Shown: in pieces, positions 1 through 8,686 of the stretch
How positions within the stretch are numbered: the first letter of the stretch is position 1
Layout: each line of letters opens with the position of its first letter
Assembly (NCBI GenBank): GCA_964652475.1
Contig: CAZZCK010000005.1
Location: 1,658 to 61,557, forward strand
Source: an uncultured Azospirillum sp.
GTDB lineage: Bacteria; Pseudomonadota; Alphaproteobacteria; Rickettsiales; UBA3002
Length of the DNA: 59,900 nucleotides
Reading direction: 5' to 3'
Made by a program: the position numbers and the translations under genes
The notes under the pieces: generated by a model
The model's input: the letters and a program-made list of their open reading frames with translations, nothing else
Databases searched by the model: none
What the model was told of the DNA's origin: nothing

Positions 1-10
1 GGATGAAATC

Positions 11-1474
11 CTAAAACTTCCCCTCGAGCCACTTGGCTACCGGTTCCCACATTTGGGTGCGGGCGTTTTTGCCGACGACCATGCTGACATGGCCGCATTC
101 GGGGTAAATGACACTACAGCGTTTGATGAGTTTGGTGAGTGGCTCGGCGCAGCCGCGCGGCACGATCGCATCCTTGGTGGGGATGACGGCTAACGTAGGG
201 CAGGTGATTTCAGCGGGCTCAATCCACCGCCGGCCAATTTTCCATTGATGTTTGGCGAGTATATTCCCCTGCGGCCAATCCACAAAGCATTCCTCGGCGA
301 CTTTGTTGGCGAGCGGCACGCCGTCATTCACCCATTGCTCGACGGCGAGGAAGTGGTTTTTCTCCGCCTCGGAGAGGAACGGGTAGCGGCTGAATTTTTC
401 CTGCACGCGCCAGGGGTCGATGAGGTGAAACACGGTTTGCGTCACCACCGGCGGCACAGGGCATTGGGTGCTGATCCATTGCCGCAGCATGGTTTGGGTG
501 GCTGGCGCAAGCAGCACGGTGGGTGTATCCTTGGCCGTAAAATCCCACGGGGTGGCGAGCAGTATCAGCGCATCCACCTCTTTGGCGGCGAGCTGCGCCA
601 TGGCGGTGGTGAAAATACCGCCCATGCAGTAGCCGAGTAGGGCGATTGGCCCGTCATGCTGCTCGCGTAAGGCATGCAGCGCATCGAGCGCATAAAAGCT
701 GATATAATCCGCCATCGCGAAATCGCATTCATCGGCATTGGGGCTGCCCCAATCGAGAATCAGGGGGCGAAATCCACGAGACTTCAAGAAATCGACAAAG
801 CTCACCTCGGGGTATAAATCGAGCACGGTCGATTGATTGATGAGTGAGGGCACGCATAGTACGGCCACCGCATCCGTCGCCTCGGGCGCACAATCAAATA
901 GCTGCGCACTGCCGCGGCTCCAAATCACGTCATAGTTTGTTTCGGGGCGTTCGTAGTCGCTCGCCAAATAGGCCTGCATGCCCTGCAAAAAACCCGTGCT
1001 GCGGTTATAGGCCTCGCTGCTAAGGCTACTTAGAAATTCGGGGTTGAAGAAGTCGCTGATGAAGTCAGTAAAATTGAGGCTGTCATCCCGGGCTTGTCCC
1101 GGGATCTCCCACCACAACTTCGTTTCTTTCTCGTCTTTATTGCCATGGAGTGCGTTGCGGGAGATCCCGGCATAAAGCCGGGATGACGACTCATTACGTG
1201 TGCTTGCCGCGCTTTGTGGCTGGCTTTGACTGAAGGCGCTTAGCATTTGCTCGCTGAGTTTTGCCCATGGCTCGCTTGCGCTTTGCCACAGGTTTTGCAA
1301 CTGCTCGCTTGCCTGTTCGAGCGGGCTTTTCGGTCGCATCCAATCGGGCATGAAGGCGGCGAAGCTCGCGCTCCACGGCATCGAGGCGTTCGGCAAGATC
1401 CCCGATTGCATCATCGCGAGCATCAGGTGCATGGGCAGGGCGTCGGGGATGCGCATCATGGGCAGGCTTTCCAA
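11..1474 (-). CDS. phaC: Poly(3-hydroxyalkanoate) synthase PhaC-like alpha/beta hydrolase. This is the main reading frame; the 5' end probably continues in another frame.
   Basis: 487-aa ORF with the lipase-box-like motif GYCMGG (G-x-C-x-G) in an alpha/beta-hydrolase core resembling PHA synthases. It sits divergent to phaR. It carries an in-frame palindromic element at 1081-1188. The track start is a TTG. Confidence 0.8.
   Translation of the reverse strand: MESLPMMRIPDALPMHLMLAMMQSGILPNASMPWSASFAAFMPDWMRPKSPLEQASEQLQNLWQSASEPWAKLSEQMLSAFSQSQPQSAASTRNESSSRLYAGISRNALHGNKDEKETKLWWEIPGQARDDSLNFTDFISDFFNPEFLSSLSSEAYNRSTGFLQGMQAYLASDYERPETNYDVIWSRGSAQLFDCAPEATDAVAVLCVPSLINQSTVLDLYPEVSFVDFLKSRGFRPLILDWGSPNADECDFAMADYISFYALDALHALREQHDGPIALLGYCMGGIFTTAMAQLAAKEVDALILLATPWDFTAKDTPTVLLAPATQTMLRQWISTQCPVPPVVTQTVFHLIDPWRVQEKFSRYPFLSEAEKNHFLAVEQWVNDGVPLANKVAEECFVDWPQGNILAKHQWKIGRRWIEPAEITCPTLAVIPTKDAIVPRGCAEPLTKLIKRCSVIYPECGHVSMVVGKNARTQMWEPVAKWLEGKF
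1081..1188. repeat. Family A nested palindromic element (tgtcatcccggg...cccgggatgac), translated in frame within phaC
   Basis: Terminal inverted repeats tgtcatcccgg / ccgggatgac and inner inverted repeats ccgggatctccc / gggagatcccgg. Similar copies lie at 47905-48023, 49209-49291 and 50334-50420. Confidence 0.85.
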
Positions 1475-1655
1475 AATGTTGCATAGCGTCGAGCATGGCG
1501 CGGATGGCGTCGGGGTTGGTCATTTGCCGGGTCATTTGCTCCTGCCACTGGCGCAAAAACTCAGCAGCGCGCTGCTGATTATCCGTATGCTCTGCCACGA
1601 ACGCTCCTAATCCTTGCCAAAGGCGACGAATTAATGCTAGGTCAAGCCAACGCAA
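1475..1655 (-). other. Probable 5' part of phaC in a different reading frame (frameshift or pseudogene junction)
   Basis: The first ~60 codons of ORF 1194-1655 (MRWLDLALIRRLWQGLGAFVAEHTDNQQRAAEFLRQWQEQM...) have GC-rich third positions like real genes. They resemble the W-rich N-termini of class I PHA synthases. The frame changes near a T4 run around 1470-1480. Confidence 0.45.
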
Positions 1656-1698
1656 AAAGAAAGCGTAACCTATTTATTTGAAAATGATTGAGGGAACC

Positions 1699-2202
1699 AT
1701 GAGTAAAAAAAATGCGACGAGCGAGCCAATCGTTATCAAAAAATACGCCAACCGCCGGCTCTATAACACGGATACCTCAAGCTATGTGACACTCGAAGAT
1801 TTATGCGTCATGGTGAAAGACGGTGCCGAATTCATTGTTTATGATGCTAAATCCGGCGAGGATCTGACCCGCACCATCCTCAGCCAAATCATTTTCGAGC
1901 AAGAAGCCAAGGGCGAGCATTTGCTGCCCACCAATTTCTTGCGCTCGATCATTGGCTTTTATGACAATTCGCTGAAGGATGTGATTCCGCATTATCTTGA
2001 AAGCACGATGAAAACCTTCGCCAGCCAGCAAGAAAAAATGCGCGAAACGCTCGGCATGGGGCCCATGGGCAGCTTCGGCCAGGTTGCAAGCCAGCTCGAG
2101 GAAATTGGGAAGCAGAATATGGAAATGTTCACCAAAGCTTTCGCGATGTTTGCGCCCTTTACCGCACCAGTATCGGAAACCAATCCGAATAAAAAGAAAT
2201 AG
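1699..2202 (+). CDS. phaR: Polyhydroxyalkanoate synthesis repressor PhaR
   Basis: N-terminal IKKYANRRLYNTDTSSYVTLEDL is the PhaR signature. A GAGG Shine-Dalgarno precedes the ATG at 1699. Confidence 0.9.
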   Translation: MSKKNATSEPIVIKKYANRRLYNTDTSSYVTLEDLCVMVKDGAEFIVYDAKSGEDLTRTILSQIIFEQEAKGEHLLPTNFLRSIIGFYDNSLKDVIPHYLESTMKTFASQQEKMRETLGMGPMGSFGQVASQLEEIGKQNMEMFTKAFAMFAPFTAPVSETNPNKKK

Positions 2203-2259
2203 CGATTCAATGCCTCGTGTGAGGCTTAGCATCCCACGTTATTGACGCGGGTGACGAGG

Positions 2260-2502
2260 TTACCAAAAGCGTTTAGATGCGAAGACTTTTCCAGAACCTG
2301 TTTTTAGATAACGCTCAAATTCCTGAGCTTTCCTTTTATCTTTAAAGGCGAAATAGCATTCCAGTTCCCAAGGAGCATACTTAGCGGTGTGTTTGGATTC
2401 ACCGGCATTATGTGCACGCAAACGTGACTTCAAATCTTCGGTGAATCCAATGTAGATTTGGTCAGGAAAATTGATGCTTCTGAGCAGATAGACATAGAAC
2501 AC
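2260..2502 (-). CDS. Small GIY-YIG nuclease family protein
   Basis: 80 aa. FYVYLL...IYIGFT...LKSRLRAHN matches the GIY-YIG pattern. It lies directly downstream of tRNA-Pro. Confidence 0.8.
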   Translation of the reverse strand: MFYVYLLRSINFPDQIYIGFTEDLKSRLRAHNAGESKHTAKYAPWELECYFAFKDKRKAQEFERYLKTGSGKVFASKRFW

Positions 2503-2570
2503 AATTTCCTGCAGCCCTCCTGCGCTTACGCTCCGAGGCGTAAGCCACCCGAAGCCCGCAGGGCGAAGGG

Positions 2571-2647
<77 letters not shown>

Positions 2648-2730
2648 ACAGGCCGTTCTTATCCCTGCTTGTTTAGAAAAAAGCAAGCGCTGTGATTGAC
2701 GTTCGCCCTAAATCGCATTACTCAGCATCT

Positions 2731-3621
2731 ATGACACAGGATCACGCTCAGTTTTTTGGCTGCTACACCGCACTCATCACCCCTTTTAGCGGTGATGGCG
2801 TCGATGTGTCAGCGTTCGAGCGGCTGGTCGAATGGCAGATCGGCGAAGGCATCCACGGTCTCGTTCCGTGTGGGACGACCGGTGAATCACCGACACTCAC
2901 CCCCACGGAACATGGGCAGGTGATTGCCCGCGCGGTTGGCGTTGCAAAGGGCCGCGTTAAAATTATGGCGGGGACGGGGAGTAACTCGACCGCCGAGGCG
3001 ATCGCCTACACCCAGCATGCCGAAAAAGTCGGTGCGGATGCGGCGCTGGTGGTGGCACCCTATTACAACAAGCCGACGCAGGAAGGGCTGTATCAGCATT
3101 TCAAAGCGGTAGCGAATGCAACCGCGTTGCCCATTTTTATCTATAATATTCCCGGGCGTTCGGTGGTGAATCTGACCGATGCGACGCTGGCGCGCCTGGC
3201 GGAAATTAAAAATATCGCCGGGGTGAAGGATGCAACCGGCGATCTCGCGCGCGTGGCTACGCTGCGCCATTTGGTGGGGGATCGGCTGGTGCAGTTCTCG
3301 GGTGAGGATATGACGGCCGTGGGCTTCAACGCCATGGGTGGGCGCGGGGTGATTTCAGTTGCAAGCAATATTGCGCCAAAACTCTCGGCCGAGGTGCAGA
3401 ATTTAAGCCTTGCCGGCAAGCACGAAGCCGCGCGCGCGTTACACGCAACCCTGGTGCCGCTGATTAGCAGCATGTTTGTCGAGACCAATCCGATGCCAGT
3501 GAAATTTGCCTCCAGCCTGATTGGCAAATCCGATGGGTCGATGCGCTTACCGTTGGTGCCGCCGACCGAGCAGACGCAGGCCACGGTTCGCGCCGCCTTG
3601 GCTGATCTGAAACTACTTTAG
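2731..3621 (+). CDS. dapA: 4-hydroxy-tetrahydrodipicolinate synthase
   Basis: TALITPF...[15 protein letters not shown] and the overall DapA-like sequence. The ATG at 2731 gives a normal length. Confidence 0.93.
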   Translation: MTQDHAQFFGCYTALITPFSGDGVDVSAFERLVEWQIGEGIHGLVPCGTTGESPTLTPTEHGQVIARAVGVAKGRVKIMAGTGSNSTAEAIAYTQHAEKVGADAALVVAPYYNKPTQEGLYQHFKAVANATALPIFIYNIPGRSVVNLTDATLARLAEIKNIAGVKDATGDLARVATLRHLVGDRLVQFSGEDMTAVGFNAMGGRGVISVASNIAPKLSAEVQNLSLAGKHEAARALHATLVPLISSMFVETNPMPVKFASSLIGKSDGSMRLPLVPPTEQTQATVRAALADLKLL

Positions 3622-3623
3622 CC

Positions 3624-4076
3624 ATGGCCGAGAAAAAATCAGTCGCCGTTAATCGCCGTGCGCGGTTCGAATACGCCATCGAGGAAGTGTTCGAGGCGGG
3701 CCTCATGCTGGTCGGTACTGAGGTCAAGTCGCTGCGCCTGGGGCGCGCCAATATTGCTGATAGCTATGCCAGCCACAAGGGGGGTGAGATTTGGCTGTGG
3801 AATGCCCATATTCCAGAATATAGCCATGGCAATCGTAATAACCACGAGCCAAACCGCGGCCGCAAGCTGCTACTCAACGCCCGGCAAATCAAAAAACTGA
3901 TTGGTGAATTGAAAGTGCGCGGTACCACGCTTATTCCGCTCGAACTTTATTTTAATACACGCGGCTTTGCGAAAGTGGCGATCGCCGTCGCGCGCGGTAA
4001 GAAACAATACGAGAAACGCGAGGTAATTAAATCGCGCGACTGGAAGCGCGAACAGGGCCGCTTACTAAAAAAATGA
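3624..4076 (+). CDS. smpB: SsrA-binding protein SmpB
   Basis: [29 protein letters not shown] and a basic C-terminal tail, 150 aa. Confidence 0.93.
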   Translation: MAEKKSVAVNRRARFEYAIEEVFEAGLMLVGTEVKSLRLGRANIADSYASHKGGEIWLWNAHIPEYSHGNRNNHEPNRGRKLLLNARQIKKLIGELKVRGTTLIPLELYFNTRGFAKVAIAVARGKKQYEKREVIKSRDWKREQGRLLKK

Positions 4077-4287
4077 CGCGAATAAGCCCGATCCTTTGAA
4101 TCCCTTGGCATGGTTTGTCACTTGCATATAGAAGAATGAATGAATAGTAACGATTCTTGTTTTTCGTGAGTGACCCATCATAGGCAGCGTTGCGATGTGG
4201 CTAAGTAAATCGAAATCATCCGGCAAATCACCCACGGTAACTCCGAGGGCGCCCGTACCCGTGCCGTTGCGCAAAGCGGGGGTGAAT

Positions 4288-5391
4288 ATGGCGGATTTGC
4301 TCGTGGGCAATCAGGTCCATTTCCGCGAGGATTGCCCACTTAGCATGGTGGGCGGAAAAATCGCGCGCATCACCGCCACCCGTGATTACCGGTTTGCCGA
4401 CGATCACATCCGCAGTTTTGAACTTACCTTTGCCTCAAAGCGGCGCATCTACCTCACCGTCGCGAGTGATGCACAGGGCCATTATCTCAGCATCGCCCGG
4501 CCACTCAATGCCACCGAGCAAGACGAATGGTTCGGCCGCGATGCGCTAAGCTTTTTTACCGAACCATCAAGCGCCAAATCGATCCGCTGCAAGGCCGATT
4601 TCGCCCGTGAAGGTGAGTGGGTGGGTGAGCGCTACAGCAAAACGGTTGATTGGCTGATGGGCAGCGTGAAGCTTGATTCCGCGCGCCACGCGCAGGAGAT
4701 TCATTATAGCTTGCTGGTCAATGAAGCGGGTGATCGCGCCCTTGAAATTGAATGCCCAGTGATCCCTGATGACCCGCTGTTTTTTGTCACGATCTATCGG
4801 CCAATGGAAGATATCGAGCGCATCGTCGCTGCCGAGGAAATCGCGCCGCCCATCACGACGGCAAGCCCGGCCATTGTCGCCGCCAACGATGATGTGCCAC
4901 CCCCCCAGCCCGAGCCCTCGCTCATGAGCGCCGCACCCAAGCAGCGGATGGATTTTCGGCGGTTGGAACCCAGCAATGAAATGCTGCATGTCGCGCGCCC
5001 CGTGCGCACCGCATCACCGCCGCTGGTTGCTGATGACAGCGAGCCAGAGCGGGCCTTGCCGTCATTTCTACTGCGGCGCGAGCCGGAGGATTATCTCGCG
5101 CTTGACCAAGTGATTGCGCCAGAGCCAGAGCGGGTGCGCCTTGGGCTTCAGGCGGCACAATCGCTGATCGCCGCGGCCATCACGCGCCAGGTGCGCATCC
5201 GCGATGTGCTGCGCGAGATGGTGGGCCTCACCAGTGCGTTGAGTGACGAGGTGATGGTGGAACTGCCGCTGAGCGATGCCGATTACCGCCAGCTGGCGAT
5301 GCGTTATAAGCTGCGCCCCGATCACCGTATCGAGATCCGCGCCCGGCTCGAAGAAGAGCTGCGCGACGCCTTGCTGAATCTGCGTTCATAA
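4288..5391 (+). CDS. Hypothetical protein
   Basis: Long ORF with coding-like composition. The ATG at 4288 is preceded by gggg. It has a globular N-terminal part, a Pro/Ala-rich linker and a helical C-terminal part. No family was recognised. Confidence 0.55.
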   Translation: MADLLVGNQVHFREDCPLSMVGGKIARITATRDYRFADDHIRSFELTFASKRRIYLTVASDAQGHYLSIARPLNATEQDEWFGRDALSFFTEPSSAKSIRCKADFAREGEWVGERYSKTVDWLMGSVKLDSARHAQEIHYSLLVNEAGDRALEIECPVIPDDPLFFVTIYRPMEDIERIVAAEEIAPPITTASPAIVAANDDVPPPQPEPSLMSAAPKQRMDFRRLEPSNEMLHVARPVRTASPPLVADDSEPERALPSFLLRREPEDYLALDQVIAPEPERVRLGLQAAQSLIAAAITRQVRIRDVLREMVGLTSALSDEVMVELPLSDADYRQLAMRYKLRPDHRIEIRARLEEELRDALLNLRS

Positions 5392-5448
5392 GCGACGTGC
5401 CGCTTTGAGAGTTGCATTGCCCGGTTACGCTGCTAGCCTACATCAGTC

Positions 5449-8313
5449 ATGGCGCAGCTGTTCAGCATTCCCCCCGGATACGATATGGCGCGCGTGGCGG
5501 CCGAGCACGTGCTTGCGTCGCATACGAGCGAGGATCTCGCCCATACCATCATGCTGCTGCCCACCCGGCGCAGTATCGCAACGCTGCGCGATGCCTTTGC
5601 CACCGCACTGAATGGCCGCGCGAGCCTGTTGCCGCGCATGATTGCCCTGGGCGATCTCGCACTGGCGTTGCCCAGCCTTCTGCCCGCCCGGCACCGCCAC
5701 TGGCTTGCCGTCATTCCGCCCGCCATGGGCCGTATGGAGCACCGCTATCTGCTGGCACGTTACGCGGCAGTATTCGAGCGCGCGCGCATGGGGCAATGCA
5801 CCGCGCACTATGCACTGAGCCTGGCCGATAGCTTACTCACCTTGCAAGAGGATGCCATCCGTTATGGGGCCGACCTCAACCCGGCGCGTATCCGCGGCCT
5901 CATGTATGGCGATCACGCCAAGCATTGGCAGGATGGCCTCGAGTTTCTGGCGATCCTGAGCGAACATTGGCCCACGATCGAGAAAGAAACCGGCAAAATA
6001 ACGCAGGCCGCGCATGAGCGGCTGCTCATCCATGGGTTGGCGAATCATTGGCGCGATCACCCACCCGCGCATGCGGTCTATGCGCTGGGCTCAACCGCTA
6101 GCCAGCCTGCAACCGCGCAGTTGCTCACGGTGATTGCTGCCATGCCACGCGGTCATGTCATTCTCACCGGGTTTGATGGAAGCATCGATGCGGATGAATG
6201 GCAGGCCATTGCGCCAGGGCACCCGCTTTATTATCCGGCGCAATGGTTGCAACATCAGTCGCTAACGCCGGATGCGGTGGTGCCGCTGGCCGAGCCACAT
6301 CCCCGGGCAAGCCTTTGGCGTGAGTCATTGGCGTCACCGCATCGTATGGCGCAGTGGCGCAGCCAAGCATTGCCGGATTATCAGCATCTACGGCTGATTC
6401 CCTGCATTCATCCCGAGGAGGAGGCCCGCCTGGTCAGCCTCATCATCCGCGAAGGGCTCGAACATCCGGCACGTACGGTCGCGCTCATCACCCCGGATGA
6501 GGGCTTCATGGCCCAGGTCAGCGCCCATCTCAAGCGTTATGGCGTGATTGCCGATCGCTTAAATGCGGGCAGTCTGGCCACCACTCTCGTTGGTAGTCTC
6601 TGGCTAGCCTTGGTGCGCGTGATCGCCACCCCTTCGGATAATCTCGCCGTGCGCCATTTGCTCAATCATTCCGAGCTTGGCCTTGATGCTGGCCTGCTGC
6701 AAGCGCTCGAGCCGGGCTGGCACGGGGTTAGCCGCCGTCGTCCTGGCCAATTGCCCGGGCATGATCCATCGCTCACTGCGCACGCGCAATATGCTCAGCT
6801 CGTCGCATGGCTCAAGCAGCTACTTTCCTTGCAACGTCGCGAATATTTGGCAAGCGCGTGGATCGAGCAGCTTCAGGGATTACTTCATCGTTGGGATTCT
6901 GGCGATCGCACCACCAGCGCAGCCATTACCGAAACAATTGCCCAGATGGAAGCGGCGGATGGGCTGGGGCCGCTCGCCATCGAGGAGTTCACGGCATTAT
7001 TGCTCGAGCATTTTGCGGCACCCACGCGCATGAGTGGTCTTCGCACCCATCCGCGCCTACGCATGCTGACCCCGGTTGAGGCGCGCCTCGCACCGCTCGA
7101 TCGGGTGATTCTCGCGCGGATGGATGATCATCACTGGCCGGGCCATGCGCCAGCAAATCCGTGGCTCAATCAGGCGGCGCAACAGGCGATTGGTCTCCCC
7201 AGCCATGCCGAGCATATCAGCCTGATGGCGCATGATCTGCTGCTACTCGGCAGCGCGCCGGAGGTATTTTGCACCTATGCCAGGCGCGATAGCAGTGGCC
7301 CAACCACCCGCTCGCGCTTCCTCGAGCGGCTGGTGACGCTACTGGCCAGCCATGGGGTTGACGAAGCGGCCATCGCCGCGCCATCCCTACTCGATTGGGC
7401 GAACCGGCAATATGCATGCGATACGCTCGCGCCCGAGCCACCCATCGCGCCGCGCCCACCTGCCGATCTTCGCCCGCGCCGCTTACCGGCAAGCCAGATC
7501 GACCGCTTATTCACCGATCCGTTCAGCATCTATGCGCGTTATGTGCTCGGTTTAAAGCCATTAAGGGCCATCAACGCCGAGCCCGAAGCCAGCGATTTTG
7601 GCAGCCTGACTCACCGCGCGATCGAGGCGTTGACGCATTATTGGAACGCGCATGAGCGCCCGGCCGATGACGCAACCCTTGAAGCTATTGCCGCTGAGGC
7701 CTTGCGCCATGTTGAAGACCGTAGCGCGATTGATCTGTTCTGGCGCACGCGGCTGATGGGGGGCTTACGTTATATCAATGGGCTTGAGAATGAACGCCGC
7801 CGCGCCGAGCCGCTGAGCGTGGCCGCCGAACAGCTGGTCGAGGCGACACTGACGCTACCGGGCGGTGAAACCATCACGCTGCATGGCACCATCGACCGTA
7901 TCGAGGAATCGGCAAGTCGGGGCCGGGTGGTGATCGACCATAAAACCGGTAAAATCCCGAGTGAAAACGAAATCCTCGAGGGCAGGGCGCTGCAGCTGAT
8001 GGTGTATGCCATCCTTCTGAATGCGCACAATAGCACGGTAACGGGTGACATCGCATCCCCTCTGGTCAACGCTGCAGCACCCGTCAGCGCTATCGAGTAT
8101 TGGCAACTGCCTAAGCTAGGCGAGGAGGGGATGATCCGCAGCACCGCGATCCATGAGCGGATCGACGTGCTCGAGGAAAAGCTGAAAACCGCGTTGCTCC
8201 AGATGCTTGACCCCACGACACCATTCTTGGCCCGCCCGGTGCCAAGCAGCAACGACGAACGCTATGGCAATGATTACGACGGCATCAGCCGCTATGATGA
8301 GTGGGCGGGGTGA
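5449..8313 (+). CDS. addB: Double-strand break repair protein AddB (alphaproteobacterial type)
   Basis: 954 aa. The N-terminus FSIPPG...LLPTRRSIATLRDAF and a C-terminal PD-(D/E)xK-like nuclease block (IDRIEE...VIDHKTGK...QLMVYA) support the call. Confidence 0.82.
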   Translation: MAQLFSIPPGYDMARVAAEHVLASHTSEDLAHTIMLLPTRRSIATLRDAFATALNGRASLLPRMIALGDLALALPSLLPARHRHWLAVIPPAMGRMEHRYLLARYAAVFERARMGQCTAHYALSLADSLLTLQEDAIRYGADLNPARIRGLMYGDHAKHWQDGLEFLAILSEHWPTIEKETGKITQAAHERLLIHGLANHWRDHPPAHAVYALGSTASQPATAQLLTVIAAMPRGHVILTGFDGSIDADEWQAIAPGHPLYYPAQWLQHQSLTPDAVVPLAEPHPRASLWRESLASPHRMAQWRSQALPDYQHLRLIPCIHPEEEARLVSLIIREGLEHPARTVALITPDEGFMAQVSAHLKRYGVIADRLNAGSLATTLVGSLWLALVRVIATPSDNLAVRHLLNHSELGLDAGLLQALEPGWHGVSRRRPGQLPGHDPSLTAHAQYAQLVAWLKQLLSLQRREYLASAWIEQLQGLLHRWDSGDRTTSAAITETIAQMEAADGLGPLAIEEFTALLLEHFAAPTRMSGLRTHPRLRMLTPVEARLAPLDRVILARMDDHHWPGHAPANPWLNQAAQQAIGLPSHAEHISLMAHDLLLLGSAPEVFCTYARRDSSGPTTRSRFLERLVTLLASHGVDEAAIAAPSLLDWANRQYACDTLAPEPPIAPRPPADLRPRRLPASQIDRLFTDPFSIYARYVLGLKPLRAINAEPEASDFGSLTHRAIEALTHYWNAHERPADDATLEAIAAEALRHVEDRSAIDLFWRTRLMGGLRYINGLENERRRAEPLSVAAEQLVEATLTLPGGETITLHGTIDRIEESASRGRVVIDHKTGKIPSENEILEGRALQLMVYAILLNAHNSTVTGDIASPLVNAAAPVSAIEYWQLPKLGEEGMIRSTAIHERIDVLEEKLKTALLQMLDPTTPFLARPVPSSNDERYGNDYDGISRYDEWAG

Positions 8314-8658
8314 CTACGCCCCATCCTTCGCTTTAATCGCGGCGATTTTTTTGTCGATTTCAGCCATCGGGTCGATCGGTTGGAAGAAGGTGCTCGCATC
8401 CGCCCCATACATTTCCGCGACTTTTAAGGTCACATCCTCGGGCGGGGTCTCGCCTTCTGCACTTACGATGACCTCGCCGTACGGCTCGAAATTATAGAGG
8501 TCGATGCTGCCAGCGGCTTCGGCGGCCTTAAAGGCCTCAAACTGCGAGGGTTTTACCGCTACATAGCACCAAAACGGCCCGCCATGGTCCATTTTACCAT
8601 ACAGCAGCATAATCACCCGGCTGAGATTATCCGGTGCGTATTTGTCAGTATCAGTCAT
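8314..8658 (-). CDS. Hypothetical small acidic protein
   Basis: 114-aa ORF in coding-like composition between addB and acnA. No motif was recognised. Confidence 0.5.
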   Translation of the reverse strand: MTDTDKYAPDNLSRVIMLLYGKMDHGGPFWCYVAVKPSQFEAFKAAEAAGSIDLYNFEPYGEVIVSAEGETPPEDVTLKVAEMYGADASTFFQPIDPMAEIDKKIAAIKAKDGA

Positions 8659-8686
8659 AAAACCTCAGTGGTTAGAGTCCAGTTTA

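Noticed and set aside
4077-4287. Possible tmRNA or sigma-54 promoter (tggcat...ttgca) downstream of smpB
   Set aside because: The TGGCAT and TTGCA boxes are 10 nt apart instead of 5. The 210-bp spacer shows no tRNA-like acceptor/T-arm or tag-reading-frame features that I could identify.
5405-5831. ORFs 5405-5611 and 5412-5831 at the 5' end of addB
   Set aside because: They are alternative frames of addB with Arg/Ala/Cys/His-rich junk composition. The addB frame carries the conserved N-terminal motifs.
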